Source: Gemmata obscuriglobus (lineage in GTDB: Bacteria > Planctomycetota > Planctomycetia > Gemmatales > Gemmataceae). Taken from it: a DNA stretch of 32,000 nucleotides. The translations under genes were made by a program, and so were the position numbers. The DNA lies in assembly GCF_008065095.1 (NCBI RefSeq), contig NZ_CP042911.1:2880001-2912000 (forward strand), given 5' to 3'. The notes under the pieces are model-generated. The model had not been told where the DNA came from and searched no databases. It was given only the letters and a program-made list of their open reading frames with translations. Of the stretch, positions 18,042-26,523 are shown piece after piece (within the stretch, counting starts at the first letter, position 1; each line of letters begins with the position of its first letter).

Positions 18042-18958
18042 AGAACCGTTTCGCGTGCGTCGCGCTGTTCTTCTCGGCGGTTGGGTTGGCCCACACCCCG
18101 GCTCGCGCGGGACTGCCGGTCGCTCCGGCGCCGCGAGAGGTGCGCCCGGACGGTTCGCGGGACCCCGTCCCGCGGTCGGAACCGGTGAAAGCCGAGAACC
18201 CGGCCGTGACCGTTGAACGCATCATCACGAACTCAAAGAGTGTTGGCGACAAGTTGGAGAAGAAAGATACCGGAGCAGACACACGTAAGACGCAGACCAA
18301 GATCCTGTCCGACATCGACGCGCTCATTAACCAGCAAGAGAACCCACCCCCACCGAAACCGGACCAGGACAAGAGCGACAAGCCGCAGGACAAGAGCGAC
18401 AAACCGCAGGACAAGAAGGGAGGTCAAAAAGACAACACGGGCAGCCCCGAAAAAAAGAACGACATGGGCGGCATGTCGCCGAAGAGCGACGCTCCGATGC
18501 CCAAGGACGGCATGAACCAGCCGCCGATGCCCAAGGAAGGTGGCATGGGACCTGATCGGAGCGATTCGCAGCCGATGGGGACGGGCGAGCGCCGGCCGCG
18601 GATGGGGGACCCGATGAACGACCCCAAACAGGAACCGGGGGGGCAGCAGAACAAGCCTGGCAACGACACGAAGGAGGCGGGCAAGGAGCCGAAGGCGTCG
18701 AAAGACAGCAAACCTCAGGGCGATCCGGCAGTGAAGCTGCCCGACGGTCTGATGGGTAAAGCGAGCGGGAAGGGCGTGCTGCCGTTCGAGGAAGAGGACG
18801 CCTCGAAAAACGTGTGGGGACACCTCCCGGACAAACTCCGGCGCCAGATGTCTCAGTACTACAAAGAAGAGTTCACCCCGAAGTACGCGGAACTGCTGCG
18901 GCTGTATTACTCGTCGCTCGCGGACAAGAACGCGAAGCCCAACGAGCCGAAGAAGTAA
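18038..18958 (+). CDS. Secreted Pro/Lys/Asp/Gly-rich low-complexity protein with a conserved-looking C-terminal helix (WGHLPDKLRRQMSQYYKEEFTPKYAELLRLYYSSL), 306 aa
   Basis: Signal peptide MKNRFACVALFFSAVGLAHTPARA. The start ATG overlaps the upstream stop (ATGA at 18038-18041), suggesting translational coupling. Confidence 0.85.
   Translation: MKNRFACVALFFSAVGLAHTPARAGLPVAPAPREVRPDGSRDPVPRSEPVKAENPAVTVERIITNSKSVGDKLEKKDTGADTRKTQTKILSDIDALINQQENPPPPKPDQDKSDKPQDKSDKPQDKKGGQKDNTGSPEKKNDMGGMSPKSDAPMPKDGMNQPPMPKEGGMGPDRSDSQPMGTGERRPRMGDPMNDPKQEPGGQQNKPGNDTKEAGKEPKASKDSKPQGDPAVKLPDGLMGKASGKGVLPFEEEDASKNVWGHLPDKLRRQMSQYYKEEFTPKYAELLRLYYSSLADKNAKPNEPKK
18368..18417 (+). repeat. 21-bp in-frame tandem repeat (about 2.3 copies) encoding DKSDKPQ
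   Basis: GACAAGAGCGACAAGCCGCAG / GACAAGAGCGACAAACCGCAG / GACAAGAAG, read directly from the sequence. Confidence 0.8.
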
Positions 18959-19051
18959 GAGCACAGGGCTGCGAGGTGCCAGCAGCCGTATCCGTAGCTA
19001 ATTGATAACGCCGCTACCCACTGAAGGCCCGGATCAGACGAGCTTATCACC

Positions 19052-20182
19052 ATGTTTGACCCTCTGCGGTCGGTGTCGCGACGCACGTTCCTGCGGACCA
19101 CGGTGTCCGGCGGTGCGACCGCGGGGCTGCACCTCGTCGGGCTCGCGCAACCCGGGGGCGGGCCGCGGTCCGAGACCGGCGCGGAGTTCATCACTGCCGA
19201 AACGCAGGAGGCCATCGACCGCGGGCTCGCGCAGCTCGCGCACGGGCAGGCGTCGGACGGCTCGTTCGGCGGCGGGCTGTTGGCGGGCGGGGTCGCGGCC
19301 GGGATCACCGGTCTGTGCGGACTGGCCCTTTTAGGTGCGGGGCAACAACCTGGGCGAGGGAAGTACGCGAAACACATCAGCCGGGTCGTCGATTACGTGG
19401 TGGACCGGACGAAAGGAGCCAGCAGCGGGTTCCTGACCACCGACGATTTCCGGTTCGGGAGCCAGCCGAGCGCGATGTACAGCCACGGGTTCGCGAGCTT
19501 GTTCCTCGCGGAGGTGTGCGGGATGCTGCCGGAGGCCGTGCGCCAGAAGAAGGTGCGGGCGGTGCTCGAGCGCGCGACCGCGTTCGCGGTGGACGCCCAG
19601 AATAAGGAAGGCGGGTGGCGGTACGAGCCGAAGGCGCCGTTCGCGGACGTGTCCGTGACGGTCGCGTTCATGATGGCGCTGCGCGCCGCCCGGAACGCCG
19701 GGGTGTTCGTGCGCAAGAGCGTGATCCGGCAGGGCTCGGAGTACATTCGCCGGTGCCAACTCCCGGACGGCGGGTTCAGTTACTTCAAGGGGCAGGGGGG
19801 CAGCGCGTTCGCCCGCACAGCGGCCGCAGTTGTGGGCCTGTACAGCGCCAGCGTACCCGAGGACGAGGAAGTCAACAGCCGGGCCATCGAGCGCGGTTTG
19901 CGATACCTCCAGCAGTACATGCCGAACCGCATGTTCAACCAGCGCGAGTTGCCGGCGGCGCACTACTACTACGGCCAGTACTACGCGGCCCTCGCGATGT
20001 GGACCGCCGGCGGCGACTACTGGCGGACGTGGTTCCCGGCGATCCGCGACGAACTGCTCGGGCGGGTCCGCGCCAGCGGCGGCACTTGGGCGGACCACGT
20101 TCACGGGCCGGCGTACGCCACCGCCATGAGCCTGATCGTGCTCCAGTTGCCGAACAACTACCTGCCGATCCTGCAAAAGTAG
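19052..20182 (+). CDS. Tat-signal protein with prenyltransferase/squalene-oxidase (terpenoid cyclase alpha/alpha-toroid) repeats, 376 aa
   Basis: Twin-arginine motif SRRTFLRTTV. Repeats with GGWRYEP, DGGFSYF and SGGTWAD, plus MYSHGFASLFLAE, are typical of planctomycete prenyltransferase/squalene-oxidase-repeat proteins. Confidence 0.85.
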   Translation: MFDPLRSVSRRTFLRTTVSGGATAGLHLVGLAQPGGGPRSETGAEFITAETQEAIDRGLAQLAHGQASDGSFGGGLLAGGVAAGITGLCGLALLGAGQQPGRGKYAKHISRVVDYVVDRTKGASSGFLTTDDFRFGSQPSAMYSHGFASLFLAEVCGMLPEAVRQKKVRAVLERATAFAVDAQNKEGGWRYEPKAPFADVSVTVAFMMALRAARNAGVFVRKSVIRQGSEYIRRCQLPDGGFSYFKGQGGSAFARTAAAVVGLYSASVPEDEEVNSRAIERGLRYLQQYMPNRMFNQRELPAAHYYYGQYYAALAMWTAGGDYWRTWFPAIRDELLGRVRASGGTWADHVHGPAYATAMSLIVLQLPNNYLPILQK

Positions 20183-20278
20183 TCAAGCGTCGTGAGGCCG
20201 GAACCCGGAACGTCGGAGGCGCTTCAGAGCGCGGGCCGGCGGCTTTACGGGTTCCGGCCCTTCGGCGTTTGACTACTT
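20177..20278. terminator. Long hairpin filling the spacer between convergent genes (bidirectional terminator-like or REP-like)
   Basis: Outer 10-bp perfect stem AAGTAGTCAA (20177-20186) / TTGACTACTT (20269-20278) contains both stop codons (TAG 20180-20182, and the complement of 20273-20275). Inner 12-bp perfect stem GGCCGGAACCCG (20196-20207) / CGGGTTCCGGCC (20248-20259). No clear U-tract. Confidence 0.4.
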
Positions 20279-21385
20279 AACTGGCACGAACTTCACACAC
20301 ACGCACCGGCTCACCGGCACGGTGGTGCCGGTCTCTTTGGCCCCGCCGGTTTCGGCGTCACGCGCCCACACCCCGACCTTACCGCCGTCCTGGCTCGCGA
20401 TCAGCATCCACTTCCCCGAAGGGTCGATGTTGAAGTTGCGCGGGATCTTGATGTCGCCGGCAATGTGCCCGGCGGCTTCCAGCATGCGATCGTCCTTCAC
20501 CTTGAACGCCGCGACGGTGTTGTGACCGCGGTTCGACACGTACACGAATTTCCCGTCCGGGGAGACGATGCACTCGGCGGTCGAGTTGCCCGGGGTCGGC
20601 TTCGGTAAGGTCGAGAGCGACTGTACGACCTTCCCGCCCTTAATCACGTTGACCGTTGAGTCGAGTTCGCCGCACACGTAAATGCCCTTGCCGTCCGGGG
20701 CGAACGCGATGTGCCGCGGGCCGCTCCCCGGCGGGGTGGTGATGTCCTCTTCCGTATCCTCTTCGACACCTTTCTTCAGGCTAACGTGGAACACCTTGAT
20801 CTTGTCGATTCCGAGGTCCACGGTGTACAGGTGGTCGCCGGCCGCATTGAACGCGCAGCAGTGCGCGTGCGGCTCCTTCTGCCGGTTCGGGTTGGTGCTG
20901 CTGCCCGTGTGTTGAACGAACCCGAGGCGCTTGCCGAGTTTCCCGTCGGCTTCCACCGTGAACACGCAGGTGCTGCCCCCGCCGTAGTTCGCAACCGCCG
21001 CGAACTCGCCCTTCGGTGAGATCACGATGTAGCACGGCCCGGGGCCGCCGCTCTTGTCCTCGTTAAGCTTCTTCAGTTCACCGGTTTTCGCGTCGATCGC
21101 GAACGCGACGACCGGTCCGCCCTCTTTTCCGCCGCCTTCGCCCACCGCGTACAGGAACTGTTTGTTCGGGTGGACGGTTACGAACGACGGGCTGCCCATT
21201 TCGGCCGCCAGTTCCGGGGCGGTGAGTTTGCCGCTGGCGTCGTCGAACTTCGCCCGGTAGATGCCCTTGCTGTCCGTTTCGCCCTTCCCGGTGTATGTGC
21301 CGAAGTACACCCAGTGCTCGGCGGCGTTCGCGGCCGAACCGGTCGCGGTCAGTGCGGCTACCAGTGCGAGGCGAGAAATCAGCAT
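20273..21385 (-). CDS. Secreted lactonase-type 7-bladed beta-propeller (6-phosphogluconolactonase/PF10282-like), 370 aa
   Basis: Internal ATG 21385 of ORF 20273..21847, preceded by AAGGAG. Signal peptide MLISRLALVAALTATGSAANA. Family-like stretches: FVTVHPNKQFLYAV, CYIVISPKGEFAAVANYGGGS, PHAHCCAFNAAGDHLYTVDLGIDKI and GPRHIAFAPDGK. Confidence 0.85.
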   Translation of the reverse strand: MLISRLALVAALTATGSAANAAEHWVYFGTYTGKGETDSKGIYRAKFDDASGKLTAPELAAEMGSPSFVTVHPNKQFLYAVGEGGGKEGGPVVAFAIDAKTGELKKLNEDKSGGPGPCYIVISPKGEFAAVANYGGGSTCVFTVEADGKLGKRLGFVQHTGSSTNPNRQKEPHAHCCAFNAAGDHLYTVDLGIDKIKVFHVSLKKGVEEDTEEDITTPPGSGPRHIAFAPDGKGIYVCGELDSTVNVIKGGKVVQSLSTLPKPTPGNSTAECIVSPDGKFVYVSNRGHNTVAAFKVKDDRMLEAAGHIAGDIKIPRNFNIDPSGKWMLIASQDGGKVGVWARDAETGGAKETGTTVPVSRCVCVKFVPVK

Positions 21386-21493
21386 CGGAGAGTGCTCCTT
21401 TCGGAATTCGCGGTAGACCCGTGCGGGTCGCGGGTTGATGATAATGGCCGTGGTTACACACGGGTAACGAAAACTGCCATTCGGGATGCTGCC

Positions 21494-22243
21494 ATGCACA
21501 GGCTCGTCGCCCTTGTCGCTGCGGTGCTCGCAGGCGCGGTTGCGGGAGCGGACGAGCCGAAAAAGCTCGCCGCGAGCGCCGACGGGTGGATCGACCTGAT
21601 GAGCCCCGAGGTGTGGAAGAAGGTCGACGACCGGTGGATCTTCGCGAGCGAGGTGAAACTCGCTCCGGATTCGAAGGGCAAAGCCGACGTGCGCCTGAAG
21701 GCGGAAAAGAAGCCGGGCGGTGCGGTGTGGGTTAACGGTGAGACCGGGCGGCTCCCGAACCTCATCACGAAAGAGGAGTTCGGTGACTGCGAGATCCACG
21801 TCGAGTTTCTGATTGCGAAGGGCTCCAACGCCGGGGTCAAGTTTCACGAGGTGTACGAGATCCAGATCCAGGACGATTACGGCAAGAAGAACCTAGATGG
21901 TAGCCACATGGGCGGCATCTACCCGCGGGCGAACCTGGAGAGGGGCGGATACCTGGACAAGGGCGTGCCGCCGAAGGTGAACGCCGCGAAGCCGTTTGGC
22001 GAGTGGCAGACCCTTGAAGCGACATGGAAGTCACCGCGGTTCAACGAGAAGGGCGAGAAGAGCGCGAGCGCGTTGGTGGTGAAGGCGACGCTCAACGGGC
22101 AGGTGATTCACGAGAACGCCGAGGTCAAAACACCGACCGGTGGGAACTGGGGTAAGAAAGAGACTCCGACCGGGGCCTTCATGCTCCAGACGGACCACGG
22201 TCCGACGGCGTTCCGCAACGTCCGCATCCGCCCGCTCAAGTGA
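21494..22243 (+). CDS. DUF1080 (3-keto-disaccharide hydrolase-like, concanavalin-fold) secreted protein, 249 aa
   Basis: Internal ATG 21494 of ORF 21170..22243. Signal peptide MHRLVALVAAVLAGAVAGA. Hallmarks: FGDCEIHVEFLIAKGSNAGVKF, YEIQIQD, and C-terminal MLQTDHGPTAFRNVRIRPL. Confidence 0.85.
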   Translation: MHRLVALVAAVLAGAVAGADEPKKLAASADGWIDLMSPEVWKKVDDRWIFASEVKLAPDSKGKADVRLKAEKKPGGAVWVNGETGRLPNLITKEEFGDCEIHVEFLIAKGSNAGVKFHEVYEIQIQDDYGKKNLDGSHMGGIYPRANLERGGYLDKGVPPKVNAAKPFGEWQTLEATWKSPRFNEKGEKSASALVVKATLNGQVIHENAEVKTPTGGNWGKKETPTGAFMLQTDHGPTAFRNVRIRPLK

Positions 22244-22291
22244 GAACGACCGGCGCGAGACGAGTGGCTGTGGCGGTTCCGGGTGTGGTTT

Positions 22292-23053
22292 TCAGCGCGT
22301 GCGCTCGTGCGATTGCTCCCATTCTTCTTGCTCCTGTCGGAGGCGCTCGTCCAACTCGTCGAGTTCCGCGCTGCGGCGGTGGAGGGCCAACTCGATGCGG
22401 TCGAGCTCGGCTGCCCGTCGCTCGAGTGCGCTTCGCTCTTCGGCAACGGCGGCGCGACGCCCTTCGAGCTGGTCGAGGGTGACCCGGAGTTCGGCCGCCC
22501 GCCGGTCGAGGTCCGCGGCCCGCTGGTCTGAACGTGACACCTTCGTTTCGCGCGCCGCCAGTTCGGCCTCGCGCGCCTGGAGGGCGGCTTCACGCGCCTG
22601 GAGGTCGCTCTCGCGTTTCGCGACTTCGTCGGAAGTCGCGGCGAGCGCTCCCTGCTGGCGGTGCAACTCCTGCTTGCGCTGCATGGTGAGCGCTTCGAAC
22701 TTGCATTCGGCCTCGGCCAACTCGCGGCGCTTTTTGTGTAACTCGCCGAGCCGTGCCGCCACGTACTGCTCGAACCGGGCCGCCTCTTCCTTCATAAAGT
22801 CGCCGGCGTAAACGGGCTCCTCGGCCTTCGATGGGGCCGGCACCTGTGGCGCCTGGGCGAGCGCGGCGCTGGTGAACTCGCCGTCCACCCAGATCGGGAA
22901 CGAGTCGTCCGCGACCGGCGACGCGCGGTTCAGTAACTCGGCCACCGGCACCGCGGTGCGGCACTTCGGGCACACGATCGTTTTGAGCCCGAGCAAGTTG
23001 TCGGGCAGTCGGCCGCGGAGCCCGCAGCCGGGGCAGCTCACGATCAGGTTCAT
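22292..23053 (-). CDS. MJ0042-type zinc-ribbon protein with a long C-terminal coiled coil, 253 aa
   Basis: Internal ATG 23053 of ORF 22292..23644: MNLIVSCPGCGLRGRLPDNLLGLKTIVCPKCRT (CPxC...CPxC). This is followed by Arg/Glu/Ala heptad-like sequence (REAALQAREAELAARE...). Confidence 0.75.
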   Translation of the reverse strand: MNLIVSCPGCGLRGRLPDNLLGLKTIVCPKCRTAVPVAELLNRASPVADDSFPIWVDGEFTSAALAQAPQVPAPSKAEEPVYAGDFMKEEAARFEQYVAARLGELHKKRRELAEAECKFEALTMQRKQELHRQQGALAATSDEVAKRESDLQAREAALQAREAELAARETKVSRSDQRAADLDRRAAELRVTLDQLEGRRAAVAEERSALERRAAELDRIELALHRRSAELDELDERLRQEQEEWEQSHERTR

Positions 23054-23216
23054 GGTGCGGGCTGAGTTCTGGCGATGTTTTAAATTTGGCAGCCGCTCGA
23101 ACTGTAGCTCACACCGGGTGACGGTGCCAGGTTTCAGCGCGGGCAAGAATCGTGCGGTGCAAACCCGGTCGGGGCGTAAAATGGGCACCCACCGGAACCA
23201 GTTCGGAGAACAGACG

Positions 23217-24155
23217 ATGACGCGAATGCGTTCGGTCCTTGCGGCCGGGTTATTCGTATTGACGGCGACTCTTCCGGCCTTGCCGGCCCGCGGAGACGGG
23301 CCGGCGCCAGCCACCTCCGCCGGGGCCACCCCCCTTGCGGTGAAGACGGAAAAGGACGTGGTGTACGACACCATCGACAAACAGGAACTGAAGCTCGACA
23401 TCTGCGCCCCGAAGGAGAGCGGGTCGTACCCCTGTATCGTGCTGCTCCACGGCGGCGCCTGGGTCGGCGGGAGCCGCAAAGACCTGTCGGTCGGTCCGAA
23501 GGGCGGCGCGTCACTGATTGAAGAGGTCGCGGCGAAGGGGTACGTCGTGGCGTCGGTCGGATACCGGCTGGCGCCGAAGCACCGGTTCCCGGCCCAAATC
23601 CAGGACGTTCGGGCCGCGGTGCGGTTCTTGCGCGCGAACGCCAAGACCTACGGCATCGACCGCGACAAGTTCGCGGCGGCCGGGTTCTCGGCCGGCGGGC
23701 ACCTCGCGCTACTCTTGGGTCTGGCGGACAAGGTCGCGGGTTGGGATGCGGGCTCGAACCTCGACCAAAGCTCGAAGGTGCAGTGCGTGGTGGACTTCTT
23801 CGGACCCACCGATCTGAGCCTGTATAACACCGAGGCGATCCTGGACGCGTACCTGGTGCCGGTGTTCGGGAAGGACGCCAAGACCGACAAAGAGGTGTTC
23901 AAAAAGGCGTCGCCGGTGACGTACGTGTCAAAGACGGCCCCCCCGGTGCTGATCTTTCACGGCACGTTCGATGTGGTGGTGCCGGTGGTCCACTCCGAAT
24001 CGCTGCACAAGAAACTCACGGACTGCGGCGCGAACTGCCAGCTCGTCACCCTGTTCGGCGAGGGGCACGGGTGGACCGGGCGGACGTTTGCCAAGAGCTT
24101 GACTCAGGCCCTGACGTTCCTGGATACGCACCTGAAGGGGAAGGAGCAGAAGTGA
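23217..24155 (+). CDS. Secreted alpha/beta hydrolase (esterase/lipase, HGG + GxSxG type), 312 aa
   Basis: Internal ATG 23217 of ORF 22872..24155. Signal peptide MTRMRSVLAAGLFVLTATLPALPA. Oxyanion motif LLHGGAW, nucleophile elbow GFSAGGHLA, late His in GEGHGW. Confidence 0.85.
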   Translation: MTRMRSVLAAGLFVLTATLPALPARGDGPAPATSAGATPLAVKTEKDVVYDTIDKQELKLDICAPKESGSYPCIVLLHGGAWVGGSRKDLSVGPKGGASLIEEVAAKGYVVASVGYRLAPKHRFPAQIQDVRAAVRFLRANAKTYGIDRDKFAAAGFSAGGHLALLLGLADKVAGWDAGSNLDQSSKVQCVVDFFGPTDLSLYNTEAILDAYLVPVFGKDAKTDKEVFKKASPVTYVSKTAPPVLIFHGTFDVVVPVVHSESLHKKLTDCGANCQLVTLFGEGHGWTGRTFAKSLTQALTFLDTHLKGKEQK

Positions 24156-24393
24156 AAACCGCGTTACGAAGCCCTTTGAGTGGGTTTCAACGCCGGCGCA
24201 CACGTGGTGCCTGCCGGCAGCCCGCTCATTGTCGTCAGCGGTTACTCGTACTCGGGGGACTCGTGTCCCCCGCTCGCGTGGGGTTCCTCGTCTTTGTCAC
24301 GGTAGCCCTGCTGGCCCTGCCGATCTTTGCCCACGGGTGCCACGGCGACGACGTGGACCACGAACCGCTCTTCGTCCCGTTTCGGCTGAACGC

Positions 24394-24423
24394 GGACGAC
24401 CGCTGATCCGCCCGCGGTCGTCC
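24394..24423. terminator. 10-bp perfect-stem hairpin between convergent genes
   Basis: GGACGACCGC (24394-24403) / GCGGTCGTCC (24414-24423) with a 10-nt loop. It lies 8 nt before the stop of the minus-strand gene (24432-24434). No strong U-tract. Confidence 0.35.
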
Positions 24424-24431
24424 CCGGTGCC

Positions 24432-25754
24432 TTACTCTTTCGCCTTCGGGATCGGCATCGGCATGATGTTGTCGAACAGCGTCGGGGCGTTCGCGACCGG
24501 CCGCAGCCCGGTCTTGTCCTCGGTCACCCGCGTTTTCGATTGGAGCGCCGCCAGCAGCCGCTTGGTCGCGAGCAGCGACGGGTCGTCCGGCCCGTCGAAC
24601 TGGCCGACGGTGACGAGACTGGCGTTGCGGGTGTGCAGCACGAACGCTTCCAGGTTCAGCCCCTGGTCGTTCGGCCCCTTCATTTGGCGGAGCGCCTTGG
24701 CGAGCCCTTCGGCCTGTTCCGCGCCCGCCGCCAGTGCGTCCGCGCCCTTGCTGAACCCCATCTTTTGCATCACGCTCGGGGTCGATTCCTTGTTGGTGAT
24801 CTCGACCGGCGCGACGAACGACTTCACCGCCAGCGTCCAGGTCTTCTTCGCCTTCAGCAGGTTGTACGGCATGCCCTCGTTCAGCTTCACGATGAACGGG
24901 TCGAAGCCCTGCTGCGGCTGCGCGGACCGCGGCACGGTCGGGTTCGGTACGACGAACGCGCCGGCGTAAGGGTTGATCGCGGCCTTCACGATCTCGGACT
25001 TGCCGTTCGCCCCGGTCTGAACGATCGCGCTCTTGTCCACCAAGAGTTCGTTCTTCGGGGTGGGCCAGGTCTTCAGCTTGAGCAGCGCCCTCTTGGCGTC
25101 GTCCTCGTTCTGGAACCCGCCCACCAGCACGCCGATCTGGTCGCGGTGGTGGTGGGTCATCACGTGCATCTTGTTGTCCGGTTCCAGGAACTCCGTCCCC
25201 TGGAACTGGCTGCGCTGCCGGAGCTTGGCGATCTCGGCCGCGTAAGCCTGCGCCTTCTGCCGGGCCGCCGCGATCTGGCGCATTTCCGCCTTACGTTCCT
25301 CCGAGATGTACTCGAACAAGAACGCCTGGACCCGGTACGTGTCGCGGATCTCGTGGGCCAGCCCTTCGGCCAGTTCGCGGGCGGAGGCGCCGGGGTCCTC
25401 TTTCGCCGCCGGCGTGTCCTTCGCGGGGCGCACGTAGCTCTTCACCATGATGAAGAACGCCCCGTGCTCCGGTTTGAGCAGCCACGGGTGGTCGGCGCCC
25501 AGGGCGGTTTTGATCTCAATGTTCGTGGGCAGCGGCACCGGCGCGGACGTGACGCTCGCGGGCTGAATGCCGCTGGTCGGGGGGAGGTACGCCCCTCCGG
25601 CCGGCGCCACCGGGTTGGTCGGCTGTGCCGACCCGACGGGCGTAACGCCCGGCGGCAGAGCTGGTGCGAGCCGCGGCGCTCCCGGCTGCTGGCCCACGAC
25701 CACCCCGCCCGTCAGCAGCGCCAAACTGGCTCCCAACAGCGCCTTCTTGCGCAT
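24432..25754 (-). CDS. Secreted hypothetical protein, 440 aa, with a Pro-rich N-region and three possibly SPOR-like alpha/beta modules
   Basis: Internal ATG 25754 of ORF 24432..26324. Signal peptide MRKKALLGASLALLTGGVVVG. Repeated pattern of beta-strand plus amphipathic helix (FFIMVKSY...AEGLAHEIR; IGVLVGGFQNEDDAKRALLKLK; WTLAVKSF...GLAKALR...LVTVGQFDGPDD). The SPOR-like call is a weak by-eye inference. Confidence 0.75.
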   Translation of the reverse strand: MRKKALLGASLALLTGGVVVGQQPGAPRLAPALPPGVTPVGSAQPTNPVAPAGGAYLPPTSGIQPASVTSAPVPLPTNIEIKTALGADHPWLLKPEHGAFFIMVKSYVRPAKDTPAAKEDPGASARELAEGLAHEIRDTYRVQAFLFEYISEERKAEMRQIAAARQKAQAYAAEIAKLRQRSQFQGTEFLEPDNKMHVMTHHHRDQIGVLVGGFQNEDDAKRALLKLKTWPTPKNELLVDKSAIVQTGANGKSEIVKAAINPYAGAFVVPNPTVPRSAQPQQGFDPFIVKLNEGMPYNLLKAKKTWTLAVKSFVAPVEITNKESTPSVMQKMGFSKGADALAAGAEQAEGLAKALRQMKGPNDQGLNLEAFVLHTRNASLVTVGQFDGPDDPSLLATKRLLAALQSKTRVTEDKTGLRPVANAPTLFDNIMPMPIPKAKE

Positions 25755-25980
25755 GTCTTCCCCCGTTCGTGGGTGTGTGGCAAACACTGTAATCGGTGTT
25801 GCGGCCTGATAGCGTGGCGGCGAGCGGGACGCCAGAGGAAAACCGTGGAATCGCTCAAGTCCACTTCTGGAGTGCCGACCGTTTGCTCGGGGCGCAGGTG
25901 ATTCGGGCCTTCCCCCCTGTGCGCCGCGCGTGCCGGTGTAGAATTGGCTGTACTCTCCCCATTCGTCCGTGAGGTGAAGC

Positions 25981-26523
25981 ATGCGCCGCACTCTGTTCGC
26001 TTTGATCGTTCTGGGGTCTTTTGGCTCGGTTGTGCTGGCCCAGAAGACTGAGCCGGTTGCGCCGGGCGCGCAAAAGGACGCGCCCAAGCGCGAGAAGGCG
26101 CTGGAAAGCAAGGACGAGGCGAAGCGGTTCGGCGAGACCGCGTGGGCGCGACTCGCGCCCGCCGCGGAGCGGCTGTTCAAGGAGAAGGGCATCGACTTCG
26201 TGGTCGAAACGGCGCCGTCCCCGCCGAAAGGCGATCCCAATAAAATCGCCGCGATGAGGCCGGCGGAGCGCGAGAAGTTCTTCAAGGAGTTCACCGACGC
26301 ACGGGCCAAGGAGTTGAACCTCAAGGGGGTTCACGTGTTCGTGAGCATGAAGCCGGAGACGCTGTACGTTCACGTCTCCGAGGCCGCCGACCTGCCCAAG
26401 GGCTTCGGCCCGAAGCTCAAGGCCGCGCTGATCGCCAGCTTCCGCGAGAAGAAGTTCGACGAGGGGCTGAACAAGGCCATCGACATGACGCTCGACGCGA
26501 AAGGACTGGGGGAGAAGAAGTGA
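25981..26523 (+). CDS. Secreted TPM-domain-like protein, 180 aa
   Basis: Signal peptide MRRTLFALIVLGSFGSVVLAQ. The C-terminal half (GVHVFVSMKPETLYVHVSEAA...LIASFREKKFDEGLNKAIDMTL) resembles the TPM/TLP18.3 fold pattern. The assignment is tentative. Confidence 0.7.
   Translation: MRRTLFALIVLGSFGSVVLAQKTEPVAPGAQKDAPKREKALESKDEAKRFGETAWARLAPAAERLFKEKGIDFVVETAPSPPKGDPNKIAAMRPAEREKFFKEFTDARAKELNLKGVHVFVSMKPETLYVHVSEAADLPKGFGPKLKAALIASFREKKFDEGLNKAIDMTLDAKGLGEKK

Noticed and set aside
21386-21847. N-terminal extension of the lactonase ORF (20273..21847)
   Set aside because: The extension overlaps the DUF1080 gene on the other strand. The internal ATG 21385 has AAGGAG upstream and begins a clean signal peptide.
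24540-25901. 453-aa plus-strand ORF
   Set aside because: It is antisense to the secreted 440-aa protein gene, which has a signal peptide and a start context. It has no motifs and an Arg/Gly-rich composition.
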